A stretch of 64,000 nt of DNA from Elusimicrobia bacterium RIFOXYA2_FULL_47_53 (GTDB lineage Bacteria; Elusimicrobiota; Endomicrobiia; Endomicrobiales; XYA2-FULL-47-53): contig MGVE01000020.1 in the NCBI GenBank assembly GCA_001800315.1, positions 30,641 to 94,640 on the forward strand, written 5' to 3'. The position numbers were made by a program, and so were the translations under genes. The notes under the pieces were generated by a model. That model made no database searches. It was not told the origin of the DNA and saw only the letters and a list, made by a program, of their open reading frames with translations. Within the stretch, counting starts at the first letter, position 1, and every line of letters begins with the position of its first letter. Of this stretch, positions 49,173 to 59,800 are shown piece after piece.

Positions 49173-50720
49173 ATGGATATAACCGCACAGAAATTCCAAA
49201 GGCTTCTTGAGGTCAGCCGCATACTTTCCTCAACCCTCAATCTATCCGAACTATTGCACAAGGTTATGAGTCTTGCCACCGAGGTCGCCGACGCCGAGAC
49301 CTCCTCCCTGCTTCTTTACGACGAAAAAACCAATGAACTTGTCTTTGATGTGGCAATAAGCGATAAAGAATCTCAGCTTAAGGAGATAAGGCTTGGCCTT
49401 GACGAGGGCATCGCCGGCTGGGTGGCTCGCGAGAGGAAACCCCAGATAATAAGCGATGTGTCAAAAGAGCCGCGCTGGCAGAAAAGGTCCGACGAAAAGA
49501 TAAATTTCCGGACAAAATCACTGCTGGCGGTTCCCATGCTTTACAAGGGGAAGCTTTTAGGCGTCATTGAGGCGATCAACAAAAAAAAGGGTGACTTCAA
49601 CCAGGAAGATGTTCAGGCTCTGGAAATCTTTGCCATACAGGCCTGCGTCGCGATTGAAAACGCCAGGATATTTGAAAGCCTGCAGGAGGCGAAAGAAAAG
49701 ATTGAAGCCGTATTTACCCAGATGTCCGACGGCGCGATTTTTACCGATTCCGGCGGGCGCAAACTTCTCGCGAACAAATCTGCGGAAAAACTCCTGGGGC
49801 CGGAAAGTATTTCCAAAGATAAGCTGCCTGAAATATTCTCGGAATTCCATTCCAGCATACCTCTCGGCGACCTTATCGCGCTGAGCGAACGATCCTCGCT
49901 TGTGGATTTGTCCCGCGCTTCAGGGAAAAGCCTTTATCTCTCGGGCGTATTAAACAGGATCTTCAGCTCAAAAGGCGACCTGCTCGGACTGACTCTCATT
50001 TTCCGCGATGTAACCGAGGAGAGGAAAGATACGCTTATTAAAAGGAATTTTCTTTCGCTTATTAGCCATAAGCTTAAAACCCCTCTTGTGACGGTCATAG
50101 GCTATACTCCTCTTCTTTTAAGCGAGCCCACTTTAAACGATTTCCAGAAAAAAGCCATCAGAAGCATCCAGCATCAGGGCAATAACCTGTTAAGCCTGGT
50201 GGAAAAACTGCTTTACTTTTCAACCGCCGAAAGCGAAAGCCTCTCGCTGGCAAAAACTCCGTGCCTTTTTTCCATGCTGGTGGAAAAATCAATCGCCGGC
50301 GCGCGCCCCATAATTGATGAAAAAGCCGCGACAGTCTCGGTAAGCAAAGATATAGAAAAGCTGCCCCCCGTAAAAATGGATTTGGACAAAATGGACGCGG
50401 TTTTAAAAAATCTTATTGAGAACGCCCTTAAATTCAGCAAGGGGAACCAGGTCCACATAGAGATAAAACCCTGTTTTAAAGACGACTTTGCCGGCCTGGC
50501 CGTCAAAGACAACGGGCCGGGCATCCCTCCCGAAGAAAGAGACAAAATATTCCAGAAATTTTATCAGATTGAAGAATCTTTCACCGGCCAGGTGGAAGGG
50601 GCGGGCCTGGGGCTGGCGCTGGTAAAGCAGATTGTTGAGGCGCACGGTGGTTCCGTGGGGCTGGAAAGCCTTCTGGGCCGAGGCTCCACTTTTTATTTTC
50701 TTCTGCCGGTGAACGCGTAG
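49173..50720 (+). CDS. GAF-PAS sensor histidine kinase
   Basis: GAF (DVAISDKES...GIAGWVA...LLAVPM), H-box FLSLISHKLKTPL, N-box LIENALKFS, D/G boxes VKDNGPGIP and GAGLGLALV. Confidence 0.85.
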   Translation: MDITAQKFQRLLEVSRILSSTLNLSELLHKVMSLATEVADAETSSLLLYDEKTNELVFDVAISDKESQLKEIRLGLDEGIAGWVARERKPQIISDVSKEPRWQKRSDEKINFRTKSLLAVPMLYKGKLLGVIEAINKKKGDFNQEDVQALEIFAIQACVAIENARIFESLQEAKEKIEAVFTQMSDGAIFTDSGGRKLLANKSAEKLLGPESISKDKLPEIFSEFHSSIPLGDLIALSERSSLVDLSRASGKSLYLSGVLNRIFSSKGDLLGLTLIFRDVTEERKDTLIKRNFLSLISHKLKTPLVTVIGYTPLLLSEPTLNDFQKKAIRSIQHQGNNLLSLVEKLLYFSTAESESLSLAKTPCLFSMLVEKSIAGARPIIDEKAATVSVSKDIEKLPPVKMDLDKMDAVLKNLIENALKFSKGNQVHIEIKPCFKDDFAGLAVKDNGPGIPPEERDKIFQKFYQIEESFTGQVEGAGLGLALVKQIVEAHGGSVGLESLLGRGSTFYFLLPVNA

Positions 50721-50741
50721 TTTTTATTTCGGAGGCAGCGT

Positions 50742-51416
50742 ATGGACGCGAAAACATTTCTAAAAAATGTTCCTATTTTTTCCGGCCTTGGAAGTTCGGA
50801 CCTCTCAAAGATCCGCAATATCGGGAAAGTCCAGAAATTTAAAAAAGGCCAGTTGATTTTTGACGAAAATACGGCGGGTAATTATTTTTATGTCGTAATT
50901 TTCGGCAGTGTCAAAATTTACGCGTCTTCCCAGAAGAAAAGAAAGACCCTTGCTTATCTGAGCCGCGGCGAATTTTTCGGAGAGATGGCTCTGCTTGACG
51001 CGGAAAAGCGTTCGGCCTCAAGCAGGGCTCAGGAAGACTGCGAGCTTTTAGTGATAAATAAAAAAGATTTCAGAAAACTTCTCGTAAAATATCCAAACAT
51101 ATCTTTCCTTTTGATGAAGGCGCTTTCCTGCCGGCTCCGCCAGGCTAACAGGGATATTGAAGCGCTGTCGTTTGAAAATGTTATAGGGCGGGTGGCTAAA
51201 GCGCTTCTGGATATTTCGGAAAAATATGGTGTCAACACGCCGCTGGGCAGGAAGAATAAAATAAATGTGAACCAGGAAGAGATAGCCGAGCTGGCCGGAA
51301 CCAGCAGGGAAATGGTTTCAAGGATGCTCAACAGAATGCGCCGCCTGAAAGTTATTTCCTACGACAAACAGCAGATGACTATAACAAATATGCAGAAACT
51401 CAGGGAATGGGTTTAA
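50742..51416 (+). CDS. Crp/Fnr family transcriptional regulator
   Basis: cNMP-binding barrel (GEFFGEMALLD...RSASSRA) and C-terminal HTH (QEEIAELAGTSREMVSRMLNRM). Confidence 0.85.
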   Translation: MDAKTFLKNVPIFSGLGSSDLSKIRNIGKVQKFKKGQLIFDENTAGNYFYVVIFGSVKIYASSQKKRKTLAYLSRGEFFGEMALLDAEKRSASSRAQEDCELLVINKKDFRKLLVKYPNISFLLMKALSCRLRQANRDIEALSFENVIGRVAKALLDISEKYGVNTPLGRKNKINVNQEEIAELAGTSREMVSRMLNRMRRLKVISYDKQQMTITNMQKLREWV

Positions 51417-51496
51417 TTTAAGCCGGATTTTGAGCAGCCGTTTTTTGCAGCTGCCGGGCTTGCCCGGCTCAATACGGAACATTAAAGGAATATTAA

Positions 51497-52759
51497 ATGA
51501 AATTCAGCGCGCCAAGAGGAACACACGATCTCTGGGCCCAGGACGCGGCCCGCCTGAACAACCTGGAGCTAATCGCAAGGGAAGTTTTTGAACGGTATAA
51601 TTTTTCTGAAATAAAATTTCCCGCGTTTGAGGACGCGGGGCTTTTCACGAGGTCCATCGGCGAAGCGACCGATATAGTTGAGAAAGAGATGTATGTGTTT
51701 GAAGACAGGAAAGGAAGAAAGCTCGCGCTCAGGCCCGAGGGGACGGCATCGGTAGTCCGCTCGCTTGTAGAAAACCAGCTGCTTCAGAAACTGCCGGTCT
51801 CAAAATTATTTTATTGCGGTTCAATGTTCCGCTACGAACGCCCCCAGGCGGGAAGATACAGGGAATTCTACCAGATAGGCGCGGAGTATTTCGGCAACGC
51901 TGGCCCGTCGGCTGACGCCGAGGTGATTATTCTTAACAAAGAGATCCTTTCAAGGGCCGGGATCGCGAATTTTAACATTCATATCAATTCTTTAGGATGC
52001 CGGGAATGCCGGCCGGTATTCCGGAAATCGCTCACGGAGTACTTCGGTGAGGCCGGTAAATCCGCGGATCTGTGTTCGGACTGCCAGCGCAGGATAGATA
52101 AAAACCCGCTTAGGGTGCTTGACTGCAAAGTGGACGGCCATAAATTCGGCGGTGTCCCTAAAATGTACGATTCCCTCTGCCCTTCCTGCCTTGAGCATTT
52201 CAAAAGAGTCCGGGGCTTATTAGATGCCGCCGGCTGCGGTTACGAGATTGACCACAAGCTTGTCAGGGGCCTTGATTATTACACCCGCACAATTTTTGAG
52301 ATCCGCTCCTCGGCCCTGGGCGCCCAGGACGCGATTTCCGCCGGCGGAAGATACGACAATCTGGTTGAAGAACTCGGAGGCGCCAAAACCCCTGCCGTTG
52401 GTTTCGCGCTTGGCTCAGAAAGAGTCATAACAGCGGCGACAGCCTCTTCAAAAAATCTTGAACCCGGAGCGCCCGAAAAAATATTTGTCGCGGTTTCATC
52501 GCCGGTTCTGGAAAATGAGGCCTTTTCAGTCGCGGCCGCCCTCAGAGGCCTCTCCCCGCAGGTTGTTATAGAAGGGCCCTTTGCCGACAAAAGCCTTAAG
52601 TCCCAGTTTAAGCTTGCCGACAGGTTTGGCGCCGGCAAGGTTGTGATAGTCGGCGAAGAAGAATTCAGGCGCGGCTGCCTGACTGTGCGGGACATGGCCA
52701 CAAAACAGCAGTCGGAAGCCGGCATAGAAGGCGTCAAAAATGGAACATACAGAATCTAA
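51497..52759 (+). CDS. hisS: Histidine--tRNA ligase
   Basis: Class II motifs: LRPEGTASVVR, MFRYERPQAGRYREFYQIG, AISAGGRYDNLV, GFALG.ER. About 420 aa. Confidence 0.95.
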   Translation: MKFSAPRGTHDLWAQDAARLNNLELIAREVFERYNFSEIKFPAFEDAGLFTRSIGEATDIVEKEMYVFEDRKGRKLALRPEGTASVVRSLVENQLLQKLPVSKLFYCGSMFRYERPQAGRYREFYQIGAEYFGNAGPSADAEVIILNKEILSRAGIANFNIHINSLGCRECRPVFRKSLTEYFGEAGKSADLCSDCQRRIDKNPLRVLDCKVDGHKFGGVPKMYDSLCPSCLEHFKRVRGLLDAAGCGYEIDHKLVRGLDYYTRTIFEIRSSALGAQDAISAGGRYDNLVEELGGAKTPAVGFALGSERVITAATASSKNLEPGAPEKIFVAVSSPVLENEAFSVAAALRGLSPQVVIEGPFADKSLKSQFKLADRFGAGKVVIVGEEEFRRGCLTVRDMATKQQSEAGIEGVKNGTYRI

Positions 52760-53894
52760 GCCCATAGAAAGAAGGGGCATAAGAATATTTTTCGGGACCG
52801 TGCTTCCCGCGATGCTGAGCCTCTCCGTGGGGTTCGGGATGTTTTTTCACTTCCTGTACCCTTCGCTGGCCGCGGTGGCGGCTCAGCTTGAAATCGGCCA
52901 TATTAAACCTGTTTACTCGCCCGGAGAAAAAATTGTAATACCCGCCGAACTTGTTAATACAACGGAGCGCACTCTGACTTATCTGGTGGACTCAAATATA
53001 CGCTCAGCCGTAAATAAGGCCAGCCTTGAGCAAAAACGCTATGTGCTTCCCGGCGGCGCCAGGCAAAAATTTAACTTTAATTACGATATACCCTCCGACT
53101 CAGAAAAAGGCGATTTCAGCCTGAGCGTGCTTGTCCGCGCGGAAAAGCAGAGCGGGGTCTCTACCTCGCTTGCCGGAGCTCAGAGATACTTTGAGGTCGC
53201 GGTTTCAAAACCTGCCGAACCGGAAGCGCTAAAGCAGGCTTCCAAAGAACCTGCCGAACAGCTGCTGGGTATAATAAGATCGGCGTCAATATCCGGAACC
53301 GCGGATTATGGAGCCGTTCCGGCGATAGAGCTGGTAATTCAGAACAAATCCCGCCGTTCGGGCGAGTTCACTATTATTGCCGAGATAAAAAATCCGGCCG
53401 GGGCAAAAGAGCAGATATCAAGAAATCTGATAATCGCGGCTAATAAAGAAAAAAAAGTGAGATTCCCTTACCACATCACGGATGATAAGCCCGAAGGCGG
53501 TTATTCGGTAAGGGTGTATTTCATAGCCGAAAGGTCCCAAGCTCCCTCGGCGTCTAAAACAGTATATTTTAATGTGGTTGACCGCCCGCCCGCGGTAAAA
53601 TATAAATCCCTTGTCTTAAGCGGCGGCGGCGAGTTCGGCCTGGATTTTAACGCTGATGTCTCTGATGACAGGGCTGTCAGAGAAGTGTATTTTATTTATA
53701 AGCCTGCCGGAAGCCCGGAACCGAGGTATTTTGCCATGGACCTGACTTCAGGAAACAGGCACAGCGGAATCTGGACCTTTCACATTGACGAGCATCCCAG
53801 AAGCAAAAAAATAGCGTTCTCTCTGCTTGCGATAGACTCCAAGGGGCAGGAACTTAAAACGCTGGATCAGGCTATTGAGCTTCCCCTTAAGTAA
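52740..53894 (+). CDS. Membrane-anchored protein with repeated Ig/CARDB-like beta domains
   Basis: N-terminal TM (IFFGTVLPAMLSLSVGFGMFF). Repeated beta-sandwich-like units (GEKIVIPAELVNTTERTLTY...; AIELVIQNKSRRSGEFTIIAEIKN...). 20-nt overlap with hisS. Confidence 0.5.
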   Translation: MEHTESKPIERRGIRIFFGTVLPAMLSLSVGFGMFFHFLYPSLAAVAAQLEIGHIKPVYSPGEKIVIPAELVNTTERTLTYLVDSNIRSAVNKASLEQKRYVLPGGARQKFNFNYDIPSDSEKGDFSLSVLVRAEKQSGVSTSLAGAQRYFEVAVSKPAEPEALKQASKEPAEQLLGIIRSASISGTADYGAVPAIELVIQNKSRRSGEFTIIAEIKNPAGAKEQISRNLIIAANKEKKVRFPYHITDDKPEGGYSVRVYFIAERSQAPSASKTVYFNVVDRPPAVKYKSLVLSGGGEFGLDFNADVSDDRAVREVYFIYKPAGSPEPRYFAMDLTSGNRHSGIWTFHIDEHPRSKKIAFSLLAIDSKGQELKTLDQAIELPLK

Positions 53895-53989
53895 TAAAGA
53901 AAACACTTGAAAAAGGCCTAAAAAAGAGTAATGATGTATTTGGCAGGCACATAAGCAATATTCAACGGCCTTAAACGCGGAGGTCTGTT

Positions 53990-55519
53990 ATGAAAGGATT
54001 ATTAATCGTATTGTCAGGACTTGCCCTCGCAGTTTCCTATCCCCAAGCCGCTAAAATCATTGCGGTAAAAGGCGACCCCGAAGTTTTCAAATCAGTAAAA
54101 AACGAATGGACTAAAACCGCAAAAGGCTCCGAAGTGCGCTCTACGGATAAAGTGCGCTGCGGCAAGGACTCGCGCGCCGATATTCTGCTGGACAACGGAC
54201 ACAGGGTAAGAATGTGGCCAAAATCCGAGATTTCCTTAAACAAGATAGAAAGCGGGCAGACGGATATAAAACTAATTTTCGGCCGGATCCGCTCCTTTGT
54301 AAAAAAACTCCGCCCCAGGGAAAAATTTGAGGTTAAAACGCCTGTCGCTGTCTGTTCCGTGCGCGGAACCGATTTCAGCGTTGAGGTCGGAGAGGACAAC
54401 AAAGTGATGGTTGAGGTTTATGAAGGCCAGGTTGCCGCCAGGGAAGAGTTGACGGGTTCCGAGGTGCTGGTAAATCCTGGAGAATTCACTTCTATTGTGA
54501 CCAATATGGCTCCGCAGACTCCGCGGGAGATTCCGCGGGAAACCGAGCAGGGTTCCGGCATGACCCCCGAGGAAGCGATTAAGGAAGAGTCAAAACGCGA
54601 AATATTCCAGGAGATTTCAAAAGAGGATGTGCTTTCACGGGCGGCCGAAGAGATCAAGCTTGCGGAGTACCAGAACGGCAAGGCGATGATTGATGTCAGC
54701 GGAAACCGCGTCAGGCTTGAGGAATATATTGTCCGATCGCAGCCCAACGAATTTAAATATGTGGTTTTAAACACCCGGGAGGACCGTTTTGATTTCGGGA
54801 AGATACTGTTTACATTTAACAAAACCCTGCCCGAAGACCTTACCGAAGCCACGAGAAATATGTTCCTTGCCGAAGGGGAAACCCAGCCGGCGCTTTGGCT
54901 GACGGATGTGGTATCGGTGATGTCTAACACTATTGACCAGGTAAACGAGGAAGCTACCGGCGGGCAGATGTTCGCCGACAATCAATATAATCCGAAATAC
55001 TGGACGCTCGGATTCGCGAGCTACAAGTTCTCGGTCAACAACAAGACCTGGTGGGAATTCAACGATACAAACATAAACGGTATCCTGGACTCAGGAGAAA
55101 TATCATACTACAACATAGCCACGGGAGCGAAAATAAATTTTGCCAGCGATTTTCAGTACGATTCCACGCTCGGCAAATATTACTATATGGACGGAGCGGC
55201 AAAGGTCTATTTTAATGAGCTGACCCAGCCGAGCGGCGAAGAGTCCATGCACTTTCTATCCAAAAACAATTACGCCAACGGCCAGTGGATAACCGCGGAT
55301 GACTATGTGATATCCGACGAGGGAAAAATCATTACTCTTTCAGACCTCCAGGGCCTGTCTTCCGCCGAACTGGAAAAGAAGGCCTACGAATCCAATTTTG
55401 AAAGAGTCTATTCGTGCTCCGCTTTCAACGGCAGAAAGATTGACCTGGTTTTCAGCGCCAAGCTTCTGATAGATTCGGGCATGCTCAACCTGCCGAACCC
55501 CAAGAATGTGGAAAAATAG
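53990..55519 (+). CDS. FecR-domain protein with large unknown C-terminal region
   Basis: Signal peptide. FecR pattern ADILLDNGHRVRMWPKSEISL...FEVKTPVAVCSVRGTDFSVEV...VEVYEGQV. Confidence 0.65.
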   Translation: MKGLLIVLSGLALAVSYPQAAKIIAVKGDPEVFKSVKNEWTKTAKGSEVRSTDKVRCGKDSRADILLDNGHRVRMWPKSEISLNKIESGQTDIKLIFGRIRSFVKKLRPREKFEVKTPVAVCSVRGTDFSVEVGEDNKVMVEVYEGQVAAREELTGSEVLVNPGEFTSIVTNMAPQTPREIPRETEQGSGMTPEEAIKEESKREIFQEISKEDVLSRAAEEIKLAEYQNGKAMIDVSGNRVRLEEYIVRSQPNEFKYVVLNTREDRFDFGKILFTFNKTLPEDLTEATRNMFLAEGETQPALWLTDVVSVMSNTIDQVNEEATGGQMFADNQYNPKYWTLGFASYKFSVNNKTWWEFNDTNINGILDSGEISYYNIATGAKINFASDFQYDSTLGKYYYMDGAAKVYFNELTQPSGEESMHFLSKNNYANGQWITADDYVISDEGKIITLSDLQGLSSAELEKKAYESNFERVYSCSAFNGRKIDLVFSAKLLIDSGMLNLPNPKNVEK

Positions 55520-55557
55520 CGCCGAGCGCGACTACAAAATATTAAATGGGAGTTTGT

Positions 55558-56787
55558 ATGAACCGTAATGTTCTGGGATTGTTGCTGGGAGCTGTTTTGC
55601 TTGTGACTCCTGATTTGTCGGCCGAGATAAAGGTTTCCCCGGTGGGCAGCTTTACTCTGCTTGGCGGCCAGTATTGGATGACAAACTCCGTCCCGACGGC
55701 GCTTGCCGGTAATGCCAATGCTTTCTTTTCGCCGGTCATAAATTTTTCCGCTTCCTCGGCGCTTCTGCCGATTTACACGGGCAGCTACAGGGGGACAAAG
55801 GATGTCCGCGAACTTGTCGGAGGCGGAACCCTGACCCAGGAATCTCAGGACCACTCGCTCTCTCTTAAATATGTGTACAAGCTATCCCCTCAGCTGAGGC
55901 TTAAGGCCCGCGGAGGATATAAGATAGAGTTTCTTAAGGAAACCAAAGACGAAACCTGGGGCAAAGGCCTTTTTGACTACAAAAAAATTATCGGCGGCGT
56001 AGAGGTGGAAAGGTTCTGGAACAGCGCGAACATCAGGGCCGGCGCGGATTATTATACAATGGTATACCCGAATTATCAGTCGCTGGTCACTCAGGACGAG
56101 TTTCAGACTTCCATTGACACCATGACTTATGCCGAGCTGTCAACCCAGGCCGGCACGAATATTCTGGATTATTCCGCTGTTTCCGTAACGGCCGAATATA
56201 CGAGGCTGCTTCCGAAAAACTTAAATCTCACCGCCCGCTACGATTTGGCTCTGAAGAATTTCGTTGACCAGAAAATAGTGGACGAAACCGGCGAGTTTAC
56301 TTCGGATTTAAGAAAGGACGCGGCTCACTATCTGACTCTCTCGGCAAATCTGGGGACGCCGCGGGCGGCGCTGTCAATCGCCGATTCCATTCAATACTAT
56401 GCTTCTAATCAGAACTCATTTGACGCCGCGAATTCCAAATATACCTCCAAGTACTACGATTTTATCCAGAATGCAGTTACCCCTTCGGTAAGCTTCGCGC
56501 TCGGCGCTAAGGACGCCCCGGTAAAATTTTCGCTTTTATGGGAACTTTCCTACAGGCTTTACGCCCAGCGGCTGGCGCAGAACGACGACGCTTCCTATAA
56601 AGATTCCAAAGTTAATCAGCTTGTAAACACCATGGGCTTTTCTATCAGCTACCCGCTTACAAAAAATATCTCGGCAAGGCTTTCCTCCAGCTATTCCGAC
56701 TCCTCTTCTAATATGCGGTACGAGAAGAATTATAAATACAATTATTACTCGTTTAACTATTTCGCGGGAGTCACGCTGGAACTCTAA
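55558..56787 (+). CDS. Putative outer-membrane beta-barrel protein
   Basis: ATG 55558 follows RBS gggag. Signal peptide MNRNVLGLLLGAVLLVTPDLSA. Alternating-hydrophobicity strands rich in Y/S/N throughout. Confidence 0.5.
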   Translation: MNRNVLGLLLGAVLLVTPDLSAEIKVSPVGSFTLLGGQYWMTNSVPTALAGNANAFFSPVINFSASSALLPIYTGSYRGTKDVRELVGGGTLTQESQDHSLSLKYVYKLSPQLRLKARGGYKIEFLKETKDETWGKGLFDYKKIIGGVEVERFWNSANIRAGADYYTMVYPNYQSLVTQDEFQTSIDTMTYAELSTQAGTNILDYSAVSVTAEYTRLLPKNLNLTARYDLALKNFVDQKIVDETGEFTSDLRKDAAHYLTLSANLGTPRAALSIADSIQYYASNQNSFDAANSKYTSKYYDFIQNAVTPSVSFALGAKDAPVKFSLLWELSYRLYAQRLAQNDDASYKDSKVNQLVNTMGFSISYPLTKNISARLSSSYSDSSSNMRYEKNYKYNYYSFNYFAGVTLEL

Positions 56788-56895
56788 GCGGCGTGTGCCA
56801 AAAATCACAGGCATTTTGTATTGCGGTAAAGGCGTTGTTTGGACTATATTAGTGTCGTGAGAATAGCGCTTTTTTGTATGTCAGGGAGGATTTCA

Positions 56896-59800
56896 ATGCG
56901 TAAATTCCTATTTCTGGTTCTTAGCATTCTTTCGCTCGGCGCGTCATCAGCGCTTAACGCGGCTGTGCTTACCGTAAGGGTTAGCGACACCGCGGGATCG
57001 CCGGTCTCAGGCGCGCTTGTCGCGGCCATAGCTTTCAACAATCAGGTGGGAGGCACGGGCGAACCGGATGGAGCCAAGTCGGCTATTGGGGAGACCGGAG
57101 CCTCGGGGTCCATAGACTTAACCATAGTGGAAAACTACGATTATATGCTTTTTGTTTCCAAGCAGGGAATGTCTCCTTCAATCAAGGATCAGATGTCCAA
57201 CCCCATTTACGCTCCGGTAAGAACCAGCGCGGCGAATATATCGGCTAACAGGGTTCTCTCAACCGACAATTCTCTGACAACGCTATCGGGAGAGATAGAT
57301 GTTTCAGCCAACTTTCCATCGGGAACAATGATTTTCTGTGATGTGCGCAATATTACTACCGACGAGCCGGTTGCGTTTTCTGCGAACAAAACTCCGGGCG
57401 CGGTAAAAATATTCAATGTTCCCTCCGCGGCCGCAGGAACTTACAGGGTTTTTGTGGGTGTTCCTGAAAGCGGCATCGGTTACGCCGTTGATTCAGTCGC
57501 GGCTGTCACGGCGGGCCAGGCCGTCAGCATCTCGGTCAGTTCAACATCCTTCGCGGGCGTGGGCAAAGTAGACAGGCAGGACCAGCCGGCGGGAAACATT
57601 TCTTTTGAGTCTGTGGTAAAAGATCAGAATGGCAATGGACTCAAGGATTGCGTTGTTGTTCTAAAAAAGAAAAATCCCCTGAACCTCTCATCCTACGAGT
57701 GGGACAGAGCCGAGGACTACAGAGAAGTAAGGACTGACTTCAGCGGCCACTTTGCTTTTTACGATGTCGCGGTGGATTCCTACGCAGTGCAGATATCAAA
57801 AGACGGCTATGAGGGCAGGTTTATTACGGGCCGTTACGGCGCCCTCAGGCCCGACAGGCTTGAAGACAGGCAGATAACGGACAGTTATGATGCCGGCCAG
57901 GTTGTGCTTCCTCCGGCGAAGGGCAGGCTCAAAGGCCGCGCGAAAATATTTACCGGAACCGGATATATTAACGCTCCCAATACTCATGTTAATGTGTGGC
58001 CAGACTGGTCATTGTGGCCGGCAATAGCGACAAGCTCCAGGACATCGGACGCCGGCGGATACAACAATTACTATACAACCGGACAGGACAGGGCCGCGAG
58101 AGGCAATGCTTTCGCAAATACCGACGCCGCCGGAAATTTTGAGATAACGGGCCTTTCCGCGGGCAACTACAATATGCAGATATGGAGTGAGTTTGTGAAT
58201 ATTCCCGGAGGCTACAGCGTAAACAAAGGCGCTCCGCAGGGAGATTCGTGGAGCTGGGATAGAGTTTCAACAGACCTCAGGATAACCGTTACAACCGGCG
58301 CGGCCAATGCCGACTGGGTATGCGACATATATGATTCAAGCGGAGCTGCCGTAAGACAGGATCTCTGGTCTAACCCTCTTGAGGTATGCATAGCCACTCA
58401 AGCGGCGCAGAGCGGGCTGATAAGCGGTACCATTACCTTTGATGTGCCGGGAGAATCGGTGGTCATTTCTTCAATGGATGCCATTATGATTTTTGCCTAC
58501 GAGCAGAATACCGGCGGTTGGGAACAAATGCGGTTTTTCACGGCCATAACCGGAACAGTTTCCAGGCAGGTTACTTACAGCATCGGCGTGATGCCTGAAA
58601 AGAAGTACTGGGTTGAGCTTAGAAGCCGCAACTGGGGCGTTGTTGACAGGATGGACACAAACGCCGACCTCACCGGAAAAACCGCGCTTACGGGGCTTAA
58701 TTTTAAACTTGTTCCTTCGGGTACAGTAAAAGGAATTGTGCGTCAGCCCGACGGTAATATTTTTAAGAAAAAATCAGGCCAGGGTTTTGAGGAAAGAATA
58801 GAGCTTAACGCGCAGGGGATAAACACAAAATCCTGGGGCTGGGGAGAGGTAAACGACAAGGGAAATTTTGAGATTTCTGGCCTTGCCCCTGGGCTTTACA
58901 GGATTGACACTAAGAACGGGAAATACACCTTTTCCACTACCAGCGGCCAGACAGGTTCTCCGTTGGAATGGCCCGATACCTGGGTTGACGGCGTCAGGGT
59001 AAAGGCCGGGTCCGAAACCTATTTAGAAATTCAGCTTAAAAACGGCGCGCTGGTTTCTCCGAAGACTCCCTCACTGCCGCCGGTGGCCGCCGCTCCGGCG
59101 CCGTATCAGAAGCCGTATACTCAGTACGGCATAATTAAATTTTCGTCGTCGGAAGGCGCTACCCGCGATGCCTTTGCACAGTTTATGGGAGGTCCGGAGG
59201 GTTTTGAAAGAAGCGTCGCCTTTAAATACGATCAGAGTTCATCCGACCCCTGGGACGGCGCCCGCAGGATACTGCCCGGCAGGTACGATTTTTACTTAAG
59301 CCGCGTGGATCTTTTCACTGCCGGCAATAAAGACACATTTATGCAGCCTAACGCGCACTTTTGCGTTACTTTTATAAGCAACCTGAAAAATGTTGAGATC
59401 AACTACGACGCCCTTAAGCCCAACGCCACAAGCTATCTTGAGTTTGAATCCGGAACCCTCGGCCAGTCGGTGCTGACCGGCAAAGTGAAGGGCGGCGAGA
59501 TGTTTACCCAGGAAGATGTGGATATAATCGTAAGAAGCGGCATGGATAAATTTTTAACTTATATACCGTCCGTGATGCTCTACGATTCCGAAGGCCAGCT
59601 CAAGGCGTACAGCATGGCTCTGCCTACTACGGAAAGAATATTTGAATGGGATAAAAGAATAAACGAGAATTCATTTACTCTTGAGTGGTTTAAAAAAGAG
59701 CTTGCCGATTATCCTATAATTTACAGGATAGAACGGTTGCCCGCGGGGAATTATGTGGCTGTTTTTGAAACGCCAAACTACCCGCCGATGATGAAAAAGG

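Noticed and set aside
53941-53957. Sigma54-like TGGCAGgcacataAGCA upstream of the FecR gene.
   Set aside because: GG-to-GC spacing is off by one in the other direction, and the -12 region matches the consensus poorly.
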